From Candidatus Marinacidobacterium sp. (lineage in GTDB: Bacteria > Acidobacteriota > Vicinamibacteria > Marinacidobacterales > Marinacidobacteraceae), in assembly GCA_965204755.1 (NCBI GenBank), contig OZ242011.1, positions 1,888,001 to 1,952,000 of the forward strand: a DNA stretch of 64,000 nucleotides. Direction: 5' to 3'. Below the pieces are notes generated by a model. The model saw nothing but the letters and a program-made list of their open reading frames with translations. It searched no databases and had not been told where the DNA came from. Of the stretch, positions 18,456 to 27,667 are shown in pieces. A program made the translations under genes and the position numbers. Positions within the stretch are counted from its first letter, which is position 1. Each line of letters opens with the position of its first letter.

Positions 18456-20192
18456 TCAGGCCGGGGCCGGGGCCGCCGCCGGGGAATCACCGGACTCCTT
18501 GAGCACTTCGGCGGCGGCGCGGGTGGCGGCGTCCACCGCGCTTCCGGCATCCGGGAAGAAGACGATTCCGTCCTTCGGGCGGAAGTTCATCTGGTGCATC
18601 ACTTCCGCGACTTCCGGCTGGATGCCCCAGTAGTAACAAACGGTGCCGCTCGCTACCAGCCGCTCGGTCAAGTCCTGCAGTTGGAGGCACGCGGTCGGGT
18701 CCATGAAATACACATTGCGCATTCCGAAGACGCACGCCGGGCGTTGCCTCGCGCCCCGGGCCAGCAGGTCCGAGAGGCTGTTCACCGTTCCGTAGAACAG
18801 CGGCCCCCGGAAACTGATGATCTCCACCCCCGGCGGCGACTCCGCCGGCAGCGGGAACATCTCGATCGTCTCCTGCGAGTCGAACAGCGCCGTGTCGCCG
18901 CGCCGCACGATGAAGATGTTGGAGACGCGCTGGATGAAGATGATGGAGGCGAGCACCAGCCCCACCGGGATGACATAGCGGATGTCCCAGAACAGGGTGG
19001 TGCCGAGGGTCGCGGCCAGCGTGAGGCGGTCGCCGATGGGCGCCCGCATGATGGAGCGGATGCGTTTCGTTTCCACCATCCGCGCCGCCACGACCAGCAG
19101 GACCGCGGACAGCGAAGTGAGCGGGATGAACGCCATCGCCCAGGAGAAGAAGAGGACGAAGACCGCGACGATCAGCGCGTGGAAGATGCCGGCGAGCGGC
19201 GTCCGCGCCCCGGAGGCGAGGCAGGTGGCGGTGCGGGCGACGCAGCCGCCCACCGGGAACCCGCCCCAGATCGCGGCGGCGATGTTGCCGACCCCGAGCG
19301 CGGTGAACTCGCGGTTGGAGCGGTTGGGGGTGCCGCGCGCGCGGCTCGCCATCGAAGCGGCGAGCAACGATTCCGAACTCGACAGGAAGGCGATGGCGAT
19401 GGCGTACGGGGCGAACGTCGCCGCCATCTCCAGCGAGGGGAGGTACGGGCGGGGCAGTCGGTTGGGGAGGTCGCCGAAGGTGCTGCCGATGGTGGCCACC
19501 GGCAGTTCCATGAACGCCGTGGCGAGGGCGCCCACGGCGAGCCCGATCACATACGACGGCAACTTCGGGACGAACTTCTTGGTCAGGAGCATCGCGAGGA
19601 GCGATGCGATTCCCACGGTCGCGGTCACCGAGTCGAAGTTGCCCAGCCGCTCGATGACTCCCTCCATGATGAAGATGAAGGAGTGCGAGTGCTCCGCGCC
19701 GCCGTGGTCGTGCGCGTGCACGGTGCTCGCCATGCCGAAGAACGGCACGATCTGCCCGGTGAAGATGATGATCCCCATCCCGTTCACGAACCCGGTGATC
19801 ACCGCCTGCGGCAGGGACTCGATGAGGATGCCGATCTTCGAGACCGCCATCGCCACGAGGAAGATGCCGGCGAGCAGCGTCGCCGCCATCAGGCCGTCGT
19901 AGCCGAACCGCTCGATCACCACCACCGCGACCAGGATGCAGGCCTCGGTGGGGCCGCCGATCTGGAACCGGCTGGCGGTGAAGAGCGCGATGACCGCGCC
20001 GCCCACGATGATGCCGACCAGCCCCTTGTCGGGGCTCGCCCCGGCGGCGATGGCGACCACCAGCCCGAGCGGCAGCGCCACCACCGCCACCGTCAGGCCG
20101 CTGGTCATGTCCGCGCCGAGGTCGCCCAGCGAGTAGCCGGCGGGAACGATCCGGCGCGCCTCCCGCCGGACGAGGGAGAACAGTCGGGACAT
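18456..20192 (-). CDS. SulP-family inorganic anion transporter with STAS domain
   Basis: DMTSGLTVAVVALPL, QIGGPT, GFVNGMG, many TM segments, C-terminal GPLFYG STAS domain. Confidence 0.92.
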   Translation of the reverse strand: MSRLFSLVRREARRIVPAGYSLGDLGADMTSGLTVAVVALPLGLVVAIAAGASPDKGLVGIIVGGAVIALFTASRFQIGGPTEACILVAVVVIERFGYDGLMAATLLAGIFLVAMAVSKIGILIESLPQAVITGFVNGMGIIIFTGQIVPFFGMASTVHAHDHGGAEHSHSFIFIMEGVIERLGNFDSVTATVGIASLLAMLLTKKFVPKLPSYVIGLAVGALATAFMELPVATIGSTFGDLPNRLPRPYLPSLEMAATFAPYAIAIAFLSSSESLLAASMASRARGTPNRSNREFTALGVGNIAAAIWGGFPVGGCVARTATCLASGARTPLAGIFHALIVAVFVLFFSWAMAFIPLTSLSAVLLVVAARMVETKRIRSIMRAPIGDRLTLAATLGTTLFWDIRYVIPVGLVLASIIFIQRVSNIFIVRRGDTALFDSQETIEMFPLPAESPPGVEIISFRGPLFYGTVNSLSDLLARGARQRPACVFGMRNVYFMDPTACLQLQDLTERLVASGTVCYYWGIQPEVAEVMHQMNFRPKDGIVFFPDAGSAVDAATRAAAEVLKESGDSPAAAPAPA

Positions 20193-20345
20193 CAGCGGCG
20201 GCCGCCGGGATCGGTCTCGTCGCGGAGCGGCGACCGGCTCGCGGAACTCAAACTCGGGGACTCGTCGGTCTGCCGCAGCAGCACCGGCTGGCTATTGTAT
20301 GACCGCCGCCGCGGGCCTTCCGCGCGGCCCCATCGAGACGCAGGA

Positions 20346-21131
20346 ATGAACGACGAACGCCCCTCCCCGAGGACGCTCGCCGGCCGGACGGCGCTGGTCA
20401 CCGGCGGGACCCGCGGCATCGGGCGGGCGGTCGCCGCCGCGCTCGGCGCCGCCGGCGCCCGGGTGGTCCTGACCGGCACCCGCCCGGCGGACGCCGAAGC
20501 CGCGGCCCGCGAACTGGCGGGCGCGTCCGGCGCGGAGATCCACGGCGCCGGGTGCGAGGTCCGAAGCGAGGACAGCGTGGCCGCGCTCGCCCGCTTCGTC
20601 CGGCAAGCGCTCGGCGGGCTCGACCTCCTGGTGAACAACGCCGGCCTCGGGATCTACCGCCCGACCCCGGCCCTCCCGACCGCCGACTTCGCCCGGGTCA
20701 TCGAGACGAACCTGACCGGCGCCTACCGGGTCGTCCGCGCCGCGCTCCCGCTCCTGCTCGACTCCGGCCGGCGCCGCCTCGACGCCCCCGCAGACGCCGC
20801 CGATCCCGGCGCGCTGATCGTGAACCTCGGCAGCCTCGCCGGCCGGCACCCCTTCCGCGGCGGCGCCGCCTACAACGCGTCCAAGTTCGGCCTGATCGGC
20901 CTCACCGAGGCGCTCATGCTCGACCTGCGCGACCGGGGCGTCCGCTGCTCGGTGGTCATGCCCGGCAGCGTGGCCACCGGTTTCGCCGGCCGCTCCCCCG
21001 AAGACGGCCGCGGCTGGAAACTCCACCCGGAGGATGTCGCCGAAGCGGTGCTCCAAATCGCGCTCACCCGCCCCGAGGCCCACCAGAGCCGCATCGAACT
21101 CCGCCCGTCCCTCCCCCCGGCGAAGAAGTAG
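20346..21131 (+). CDS. Short-chain dehydrogenase/reductase (SDR)
   Basis: TGGTRGIG, VNNAG and YNASKFG. Confidence 0.92.
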   Translation: MNDERPSPRTLAGRTALVTGGTRGIGRAVAAALGAAGARVVLTGTRPADAEAAARELAGASGAEIHGAGCEVRSEDSVAALARFVRQALGGLDLLVNNAGLGIYRPTPALPTADFARVIETNLTGAYRVVRAALPLLLDSGRRRLDAPADAADPGALIVNLGSLAGRHPFRGGAAYNASKFGLIGLTEALMLDLRDRGVRCSVVMPGSVATGFAGRSPEDGRGWKLHPEDVAEAVLQIALTRPEAHQSRIELRPSLPPAKK

Positions 21132-21179
21132 CGCCGGCGCCCGTCCCGCCGACGGCGGGCGCCCGCCCGCCGCCGCGCC

Positions 21180-22001
21180 TCAGAACAGTTCCACCGCCAC
21201 CGGCGGCAGGACCCCGCCTTCCGCTTCGGCGGAATACCGCTCGCCCGCCCGGCAGTCCAGCGGCGGCGTCAGCGTCCCGGTCGTCACCACTTCCCCCGCC
21301 CGCAGCGGGTTCCCCTGCGCCGCGGTGATCTCCGCCAGCACCCCCACCGCGTCCAGCGGGTTGCCCATCACCGCGCTTCCCGCCCCGGCGACCGGCGCCC
21401 CCCCGGCCGGCGTCGTCATGGAAACCCGCAGCGCGGCCAAGGCCCGCGCGGCCCTCTCCGCATCCCTGACCACCCGGAACTTCCCGACCGCCAGCGCATG
21501 GTGGAGGGCGCCGGCGGCCACCGAATCCGCCGGGCGCATCCTCCAGCCCGGGAACGGCGAGTCCACCACCTCGAACCCGAGCCCCACCCGTTCGATCCGC
21601 CGGGCGACCGCCGCGCCCCGCTCCCCCGGCTCCGGGGCGCTCCCGAGCACGACCACCACCTCGCACTCGATCTTGGGCTCCGTCGCGCCGTCCAGCGACA
21701 ACTGCATCTTCTCCGTGCCGCCGTCCCCGTAGCGCACCACGGTCTCCTCGAACATCGAGCCCCAGACCGGCTCGGTCAGCCCGGCGTCCTCCCAGAGCGC
21801 CCGGTTCGTGAACCCGATCTTGCGGCCCACCACCGGCGACCCCGCCGCCCGCCGGCAGGCGAGGACCCCGGCCACGCGGTACGCGTCCTCGAGCCCGAAC
21901 CCCTCGATCCGGTCGGTGAACGGCGCGAGCCGGCCCCCGGCGGCGCGGGCGGCGGCGATCTCTTCGGCGACGCTCCCGGCGTCGAAGCGGGCTTCGGTCA
22001 T
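21180..22001 (-). CDS. 2-keto-4-pentenoate hydratase / fumarylacetoacetate hydrolase family
   Basis: GRKIGFT, PKIECEV, FEVVDS, GNPL and GEVVTTGTL; GGAG RBS before ATG 22001. Confidence 0.88.
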   Translation of the reverse strand: MTEARFDAGSVAEEIAAARAAGGRLAPFTDRIEGFGLEDAYRVAGVLACRRAAGSPVVGRKIGFTNRALWEDAGLTEPVWGSMFEETVVRYGDGGTEKMQLSLDGATEPKIECEVVVVLGSAPEPGERGAAVARRIERVGLGFEVVDSPFPGWRMRPADSVAAGALHHALAVGKFRVVRDAERAARALAALRVSMTTPAGGAPVAGAGSAVMGNPLDAVGVLAEITAAQGNPLRAGEVVTTGTLTPPLDCRAGERYSAEAEGGVLPPVAVELF

Positions 22002-22093
22002 GGCGGTCTCCTCCCGGTTTCGGGGCGGCGAGTCTAGGCCCATTCCCGCCCCGCGCGACCGTTACGATTTCGCCCGCCCCCGGAGCCCGCCCG

Positions 22094-22486
22094 ATCTACA
22101 GCATCCTCGTCCGCGGCCACTTCATGTGTTCGCACACGTTGCGGGGCGCCGTGTTCGGCCCGGCGCAGAATCGCCACGGCGCCACCTACCGCGTCACCGC
22201 GGAACTCCGCGCCCCCGAACTGGACGAACACGGCATCGTCCTCGACCTCTCCCTCGCCGAACGCGCGCTCGACGAAGCGCTCGTCCCGCTCCGCCACGCC
22301 GACCTCGACGAGGTCTTCCCCGGCGAGAACACCACCACCGAGTTCCTCTGCCGCCACCTCCACACCGAGTTGAGCGCCCGCCTCCCGGACTCCTTCCGGG
22401 GGGTCCTCCGCGTGGAACTCGAAGAAAACCCCCAGATGGCGGCGGCCTACGAAGCCCCCGCCGCCGGCCGCGAACCCGCCACATGA
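22094..22486 (+). CDS. 6-pyruvoyl/6-carboxy-tetrahydropterin synthase family (QueD/PTPS-like)
   Basis: HFMCSH...HGATY...NTTTEFL; family-like N-terminus begins at ATC 22094, first ATG at 22124. Confidence 0.8.
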   Translation: MYSILVRGHFMCSHTLRGAVFGPAQNRHGATYRVTAELRAPELDEHGIVLDLSLAERALDEALVPLRHADLDEVFPGENTTTEFLCRHLHTELSARLPDSFRGVLRVELEENPQMAAAYEAPAAGREPAT

Positions 22487-23679
22487 AGACCGAAGACCCC
22501 CCGACCCCGCCCGCCGACGCCGCGGACACCCAAGCCCTCGACACCCGCGCCGTCCACGAAGGCGCGCTCTCGCCGCGCCCGCGCGGGGCCATCTCCACCC
22601 CGGCCTTCATGACCGCGAACTTCGAGTACCACGGCGAGGCCTACCACGATGTCGGCTACCTCCGCCTCTCGAACAGCCCGAACCACCAGGTCCTCCACCG
22701 CCGCCTCGCCTCCCTCGAAGGCGCCGAAGACGCGCTGGTCACCGGCAGCGGCATGGCCGCCATCTCCGCCGCCCTCCTCACCCACCTGAACGCCGGCGAC
22801 CACCTGGTCGTCCAGGATGTGGTGTACGGCGGCACCGCGAACTTCCTCCAGCACGACCTCCCCCGCCTCGGCATCACCCACACCCGCATCGATCCGCAGG
22901 ATCCCGCGTCCTGGGCGTCGGCCCTCACGCCGAACACCCGGATGATCTATGTGGAGACGCTCACCAACCCGCTCTGCCAGATGGCCGACCTCGAAGCGGT
23001 CGCCCCCTTCGCCCGCGAGCACGGCCTCGTCTCGATCGTGGACAACACCTTCGCCAGCCCGGTCCTCTGCCGCCCGGCCGAACTCGGCTTCGACCTGGTG
23101 ATGGAGAGCGCGACGAAGTACCTGAACGGCCACAACGACCTGGTGGCCGGCTCCCTCGCCGGCGCCGCCGACCGCATCCGCCGCGTCAAGTTGACGCTCG
23201 ACCACCTGGGCGGCTCCCTCGACCCCCACGCCTGCGTCCTGCTCGAGCGCGGCCTCAAGACCGTCGGCCTCCGCGTCCGCCGCCAGTCCGCGACCGCCCT
23301 GGCCCTGGCGCGTTTCCTCGAGGGCCGCCCGGAGGTGGCCCGCGTCCACTACCCCGGCCTCGAGAGCCACCCCCAGCACGCCCGCGCCGCCCGCCTCCTC
23401 TCCGGCGGCTTCGGCGGAATGCTCGGCTTCGAGTTCCGCGACGGCGGCGAGGCCGCCGACCGCTTCGCCCGGAACCTCCGCCTCCCCGCCCACGCCGCCA
23501 GCCTCGGCGGCGTCGAGTCCCTGATCGTCCGCCCGGCCGCCGCCATCCACAGCGGCCTGAGCGCGGAGGAACGCGCCGCGATGGCCATCTCCGAGGGCCT
23601 CGTCCGCTTCTCCACGGGCGTCGAAGCCCCCGAAGACCTGATCACCGACTTCACCCGGGCCTTCGCCGCCGCGGGCTAG
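22483..23679 (+). CDS. Cys/Met metabolism PLP-dependent enzyme (cystathionine gamma-synthase/lyase family)
   Basis: SGMAAI, YGGT, VDNTFASP, SATKYLNGHND and SLGGVESL; ATGA overlap with upstream gene. Confidence 0.92.
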   Translation: MKTEDPPTPPADAADTQALDTRAVHEGALSPRPRGAISTPAFMTANFEYHGEAYHDVGYLRLSNSPNHQVLHRRLASLEGAEDALVTGSGMAAISAALLTHLNAGDHLVVQDVVYGGTANFLQHDLPRLGITHTRIDPQDPASWASALTPNTRMIYVETLTNPLCQMADLEAVAPFAREHGLVSIVDNTFASPVLCRPAELGFDLVMESATKYLNGHNDLVAGSLAGAADRIRRVKLTLDHLGGSLDPHACVLLERGLKTVGLRVRRQSATALALARFLEGRPEVARVHYPGLESHPQHARAARLLSGGFGGMLGFEFRDGGEAADRFARNLRLPAHAASLGGVESLIVRPAAAIHSGLSAEERAAMAISEGLVRFSTGVEAPEDLITDFTRAFAAAG

Positions 23680-23717
23680 CCGGGGTTCGGGCCCGGAGGG
23701 CGGGCGGCGTCGCCGAA

Positions 23718-24353
23718 ATGCCCCGAACTCCGGTCGCCGGCCCGTCTTTCCCCCCGCTCCCGCCGGGGCCGTTCGGCGTCATCTACGCCGACCCGCCGTG
23801 GGACTACCGCGGCCAGTTGCAGCACGCCGGCCCGGGCAGCGGCGACACCGGCGGCGCCGTCCGCCACTACCCGACGGTGACCTCCGACCAACTCGCCGCC
23901 CTGCCGGTCGCGGATGTCGCCGCCGACGACTGCCTGCTCTTCCTCTGGGCCACGAACCCGCACCTCGACCAGGCCATCACCCTCGGCCGCGCCTGGGGGT
24001 TCCGCTGGGCGACCGTCGCCTTCGTCTGGGACAAGGAGCGCGTGAACCCCGGCTTCTACACGCTCAGCCAGTGCGAGTTGTGCCTGGTCTTCAAGCGCGG
24101 CCGCATCCCCCTCCCGCGCGGCTCCCGCCGGGAACGCCAACTCGTCCGCGCCGAACGCGGCCCCCACTCCACGAAACCCGAGGAAGTCCGCCGCCGCATC
24201 GAGCGCATGTTCCCGGAACAACCCCGAATCGAACTCTTCGCCCGCCGCCGCTCCCCGGGCTGGACGGCGTGGGGCCTGGAGATGCTGGAGCCTGCGGCGC
24301 CCGGGGGCCCCTCGCCGGCGCTCGCCGCCGCCGGAAACGCTACGAGCGGCTGA
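23718..24353 (+). CDS. MT-A70 family (N6-adenine) methyltransferase
   Basis: IYADPPW, LFLWATNP, HSTKPEE and RIELFAR. Confidence 0.9.
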   Translation: MPRTPVAGPSFPPLPPGPFGVIYADPPWDYRGQLQHAGPGSGDTGGAVRHYPTVTSDQLAALPVADVAADDCLLFLWATNPHLDQAITLGRAWGFRWATVAFVWDKERVNPGFYTLSQCELCLVFKRGRIPLPRGSRRERQLVRAERGPHSTKPEEVRRRIERMFPEQPRIELFARRRSPGWTAWGLEMLEPAAPGGPSPALAAAGNATSG

Positions 24354-24506
24354 ACTCCAATATGGCCTCGATGGTCCTGCGCGCCTCCCGCGGGGAGGTC
24401 GAGACGGCCGAAATCGCGGAGAAAGCCTTTCGATAAGCCGAGTGGTCTGACGGGGATACCGGGAGTTCGTTTCCTCGACCGAGTTGGATTGCCGCTGCGG
24501 CGGCCT

Positions 24507-26075
24507 CTACGCGTAGAGACCGGCGTCCTCGACGGCTTGGTCCGGCGCCGGCATCGACGCGATGGGAACCGGCAGTCGCGGAGGGGCACACTTGGCGGGG
24601 CGGCGGTGTTCCTCCTCGCCCACATGATGGGCCAACAGATCGCGAATTCGCGGGTCGGCAGCCGAAGCGGCGCTGCTCGCCAAGTCCTCCTGCCGCGCTT
24701 GACGCCCCCCGCGGACGGCGGCGAGAAGCGCCAGCAATTCGGCTTCCTGACTCGGACCGAGTGAGTCGCGCCGCCTTTCGTAGTCTTCGCGCTCCGCCGC
24801 GCCATCGCCGATCTCGTAGTGGTCGCGATGGAAGATGAAACGATGCGGAAGGCTCAGCAGCCGGAGGAAGGCATCGGGACTCCCACCGTAGGCGCGCAGA
24901 AAGAACTCCGGGCTGCCGCTCACGACTCCCCGCGTCGCCTGCAACATGATCTGGAAACTCCTGAGGTAGTAGGCATTCCAATTCCTGCCTACATGGGAGC
25001 GGTCCTTGAGGGTCACCGGCTGGTAGCGCATGGGGAACGACCAGACCGTCACTCCCAGTTCTTCGCGCAGCGAGATGTTGAGTCTCATGCGCGCATAGAG
25101 GTCCGCCGGCGTGTCCATGAAGTTGTACAGCATGTAGTTCGACAGCGAGGTGATTCCGCTGTCGGCCGCCATCCGGACCGAGGTTTCGTACACCCGACGA
25201 ACCCCCATGTGGTCGAAGGCGATCCGCAGGGGATCGATGCAGACGGTCGCCATCTCCCGAAGGTAAACCGGAGACTGCGCCAGGATGCGGGCGTCCACGC
25301 CCTGGTTGAAGTCCACGCGGCGGCGCATCGTCCTGCCGTCGCGCTCGATACTCGCGCCTTTCTGGAACCCGAGGTCGCGAATCTCGGCGATGACCTCCCG
25401 GTAGCGAGCCGACGCCGTGATGTTGTTGTCCATCAGGATCAGGTCCTTCTTGACCCCGAAGCGCCGAGCAACACCTTCTACGAAGTCGGCGAGCGGCGGC
25501 ATCTCCTTCTGGCCGCCCTCCAGTTTCGGCACGCCGCAGAAGCGGCACTTGCGGACGCACCCCCGCGAGGCGTACCCGAAGTAGGCGTCTCGCACCGGAT
25601 ACCGATAGTCGATGTGCTCCAGGATTCCATAGTCCGGAACTCGGCTTTCGATCGGCGTACCGTGTACATCGTCCGCGCCGAACTCACCGTCCTCGCTGCT
25701 CAGTTGGAGGGCGTGGGCCGGTGGGCCGTCCAGGAGCCCGGCGATGAAGCGCGCGCCCGCCCATCGGGGCTCGCTGACGAAGGCCTCGCGCATCAGGGAA
25801 GCGGCGATTCCGCCGACGAAGACCCGCTCGGTCTGTCCCGACGCGGCCGACACGGCGAAGTCGATGGCGTCCGCAGTCCGCGGCCACTCGAAACTGAACA
25901 GGGTGGTCACATAGACCCGGTCCCACACGCGATCCAGTACGCGGTCGTCCGTCCCCTTGACGAACCGGACCCGATCTCCCCGCGACCCGTGGTACGCGGC
26001 GATCTTCATCAACCCGAGTGGCGGGTACTTGTTTCGGTAACCCGGCTCCACCAGCAGGATGTTCTTTCCGGTCAC
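24507..26075 (-). CDS. Radical SAM protein with B12-binding-like N-terminal domain
   Basis: ILLVEP..KYPPLGLMK N-domain; SRGCVRKCRFC (CxxxCxxC); MDNN; DFNQGVDAR; GTG start overlaps upstream stop (GTGA). Confidence 0.88.
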   Translation of the reverse strand: MTGKNILLVEPGYRNKYPPLGLMKIAAYHGSRGDRVRFVKGTDDRVLDRVWDRVYVTTLFSFEWPRTADAIDFAVSAASGQTERVFVGGIAASLMREAFVSEPRWAGARFIAGLLDGPPAHALQLSSEDGEFGADDVHGTPIESRVPDYGILEHIDYRYPVRDAYFGYASRGCVRKCRFCGVPKLEGGQKEMPPLADFVEGVARRFGVKKDLILMDNNITASARYREVIAEIRDLGFQKGASIERDGRTMRRRVDFNQGVDARILAQSPVYLREMATVCIDPLRIAFDHMGVRRVYETSVRMAADSGITSLSNYMLYNFMDTPADLYARMRLNISLREELGVTVWSFPMRYQPVTLKDRSHVGRNWNAYYLRSFQIMLQATRGVVSGSPEFFLRAYGGSPDAFLRLLSLPHRFIFHRDHYEIGDGAAEREDYERRRDSLGPSQEAELLALLAAVRGGRQARQEDLASSAASAADPRIRDLLAHHVGEEEHRRPAKCAPPRLPVPIASMPAPDQAVEDAGLYA

Positions 26076-26200
26076 CGGCTCCGTTCGATCTCCTTCGCGA
26101 TCTTGTAACTGCGCTCGACTGCCCGCGTCGCCTTTCGAGCATCCTGCTCGAACGCGCCGAGCAGCGCCCGCTCGATGGCTCCGCTGTTGACCCTCGCCAT
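26072..26200 (-). CDS. 42-aa small ORF translationally coupled to the radical SAM gene
   Basis: MARVNSGAIERALLGAFEQDARKATRAVERSYKIAKEIERSR*; TATGCT -10-like hexamer 6 nt before ATG; GTGA overlap. Confidence 0.5.
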   Translation of the reverse strand: MARVNSGAIERALLGAFEQDARKATRAVERSYKIAKEIERSR

Positions 26201-26295
26201 TTCGGAAGCATAGCGATGGCCTTCCTCGGAAGCGCATACCGGCGCTCGCCGCCGAAAGCGCCGCCGGAGTGGCGGTCGCTGCGGGCCGCGCGGGG

Positions 26296-27411
26296 TCAGC
26301 CCAAGGTCGTCGCGAACTCGCCGGGAAGGGTGACCTCCAAGATCTCCAGGTCGTCGGACGGCGCTTCGATCCCCGTGTGAAGGCTCGGCGGGAGGACGAA
26401 GGCATCCCCCGCCGCGAGCGGCTCGGGCGGGCGCCCCTCGACGCGCAGGGTGAGCGCGCCGCTCCGCAGGAAGGCGAAGTGGATGTCGGCATCGTGCCGC
26501 GATCGGGGGATGTCGCCCCCGCCGTGGGCGCGCCGCGCAACCCGCACTCCGGCGAGCCCATTCGTGGCAGCGGCGATCCCGGTGTCCCGCGCCCGGAATC
26601 CCGGCAGCCGCCAGTCGCCCCACTCCGCCTCGGCCTCGCGGGCGCGGCGGAACCGCGTGCCGGCGAACTCCCGGTCGGGACGCCGGTGCGCCGTCGGCAA
26701 CTCCATCTCGTGATCCATGCTGGTCAGGTGGTCGGCGGGAACGCCGATCTCGACCACCTCGAACCCGGGTGACGCTTCGAGCACCCGGTGCCGGATCTCC
26801 GGCGGCTGGATGAGGCAGTCCCCGGCCCCCAGCACGAACGGCGGCCCCTGGTCCTCGTACACCAGCCGCACCCACCCCCGGTGGCAGAAGATGAGTTGGA
26901 AGCGGACGGTGTGGAAGTGCACCTGGTCGGGCACCGGCCCCCCGTCCGGGATGCGGATGTGCGACGCGATGACCTCACCGCCGAGCCGCCCCGGAATCAA
27001 GTCCCGGTACTCCATCCCCGCCCGCCCGACGCCCCACCCGCTCTCTTCCTTCGGAAGGCGGGTGACCACGAACCGATGCTCGGTCGCCGGCGCCGGGAGC
27101 GGCGGCTCGGCGGCGACGACCACGATCCGGTGCCCTCCGGGAGTCGTGATCTCGCTCCGCCCTCCCGCGACGGCTTCCGGACGCTCCGCGTAGAGCCGCA
27201 CTTCCGCGGGCGCCGCCTCCCCGGCCCGCTCCAGCGCCAGCGCCGTCCCGTGCCCGGACACCTCCGCCACCGCCGGCGCATCCGCCGGCCATATCCGATC
27301 CAACCGAAACCCGAACTCCTCCACCAGGCACCGCAGATCCCCGTCCAAGTCCGCCGTCCGCACCCGAACGACCGCCCGCCGAATCGAAACTCGGGGCGCG
27401 TCCTCAGCCAT
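26296..27411 (-). CDS. VOC/glyoxalase-like N-domain + double cupin protein
   Basis: GRAGMEYRDL, HFHTVRFQLIFCHRGWV, QPPEIRH and a second cupin (HDADIHF...PPSLH). Confidence 0.82.
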   Translation of the reverse strand: MAEDAPRVSIRRAVVRVRTADLDGDLRCLVEEFGFRLDRIWPADAPAVAEVSGHGTALALERAGEAAPAEVRLYAERPEAVAGGRSEITTPGGHRIVVVAAEPPLPAPATEHRFVVTRLPKEESGWGVGRAGMEYRDLIPGRLGGEVIASHIRIPDGGPVPDQVHFHTVRFQLIFCHRGWVRLVYEDQGPPFVLGAGDCLIQPPEIRHRVLEASPGFEVVEIGVPADHLTSMDHEMELPTAHRRPDREFAGTRFRRAREAEAEWGDWRLPGFRARDTGIAAATNGLAGVRVARRAHGGGDIPRSRHDADIHFAFLRSGALTLRVEGRPPEPLAAGDAFVLPPSLHTGIEAPSDDLEILEVTLPGEFATTLG

Positions 27412-27666
27412 TCACCGCCGCCCTCGCCGGTCGGAGCGAGGTCGGGACTTGCGAACCGACCCCGAACGCCACGGTCCGGCGCCGGGCCCCGGCTCGCCGA
27501 CCGCGCGGCCGGCGCATTCATGAACTCCCCGCTCCGGGAACGGTTTCATGGGCGCTTTCGTACCGTGGACGCACACATACCAACGGATCTTGGCTCCGCA
27601 GTCCCTGCATTTGCCCCACCCCGCGAGCCGCCCGTCGCACGACGGGCCGTGGGAAGGCGTTCCCAC
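27412..27666 (-). CDS. Small Cys/His-rich hypothetical protein
   Basis: Fills the gap exactly between flanking co-directional genes (1-nt and 0-nt gaps); CRDC, CVH and HEC motifs. Confidence 0.5.
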   Translation of the reverse strand: MGTPSHGPSCDGRLAGWGKCRDCGAKIRWYVCVHGTKAPMKPFPERGVHECAGRAVGEPGPGAGPWRSGSVRKSRPRSDRRGRR

Positions 27667-27667
27667 T

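Noticed and set aside
22094-26075. Complete 7-deazaguanine (dpd) DNA-modification system from QueD-like + radical SAM + MTase
   Set aside because: No DpdA/TGT, QueC or FolE in the window; the radical SAM is not QueE-sized; the QueD-like gene is coupled to a Cys/Met enzyme.
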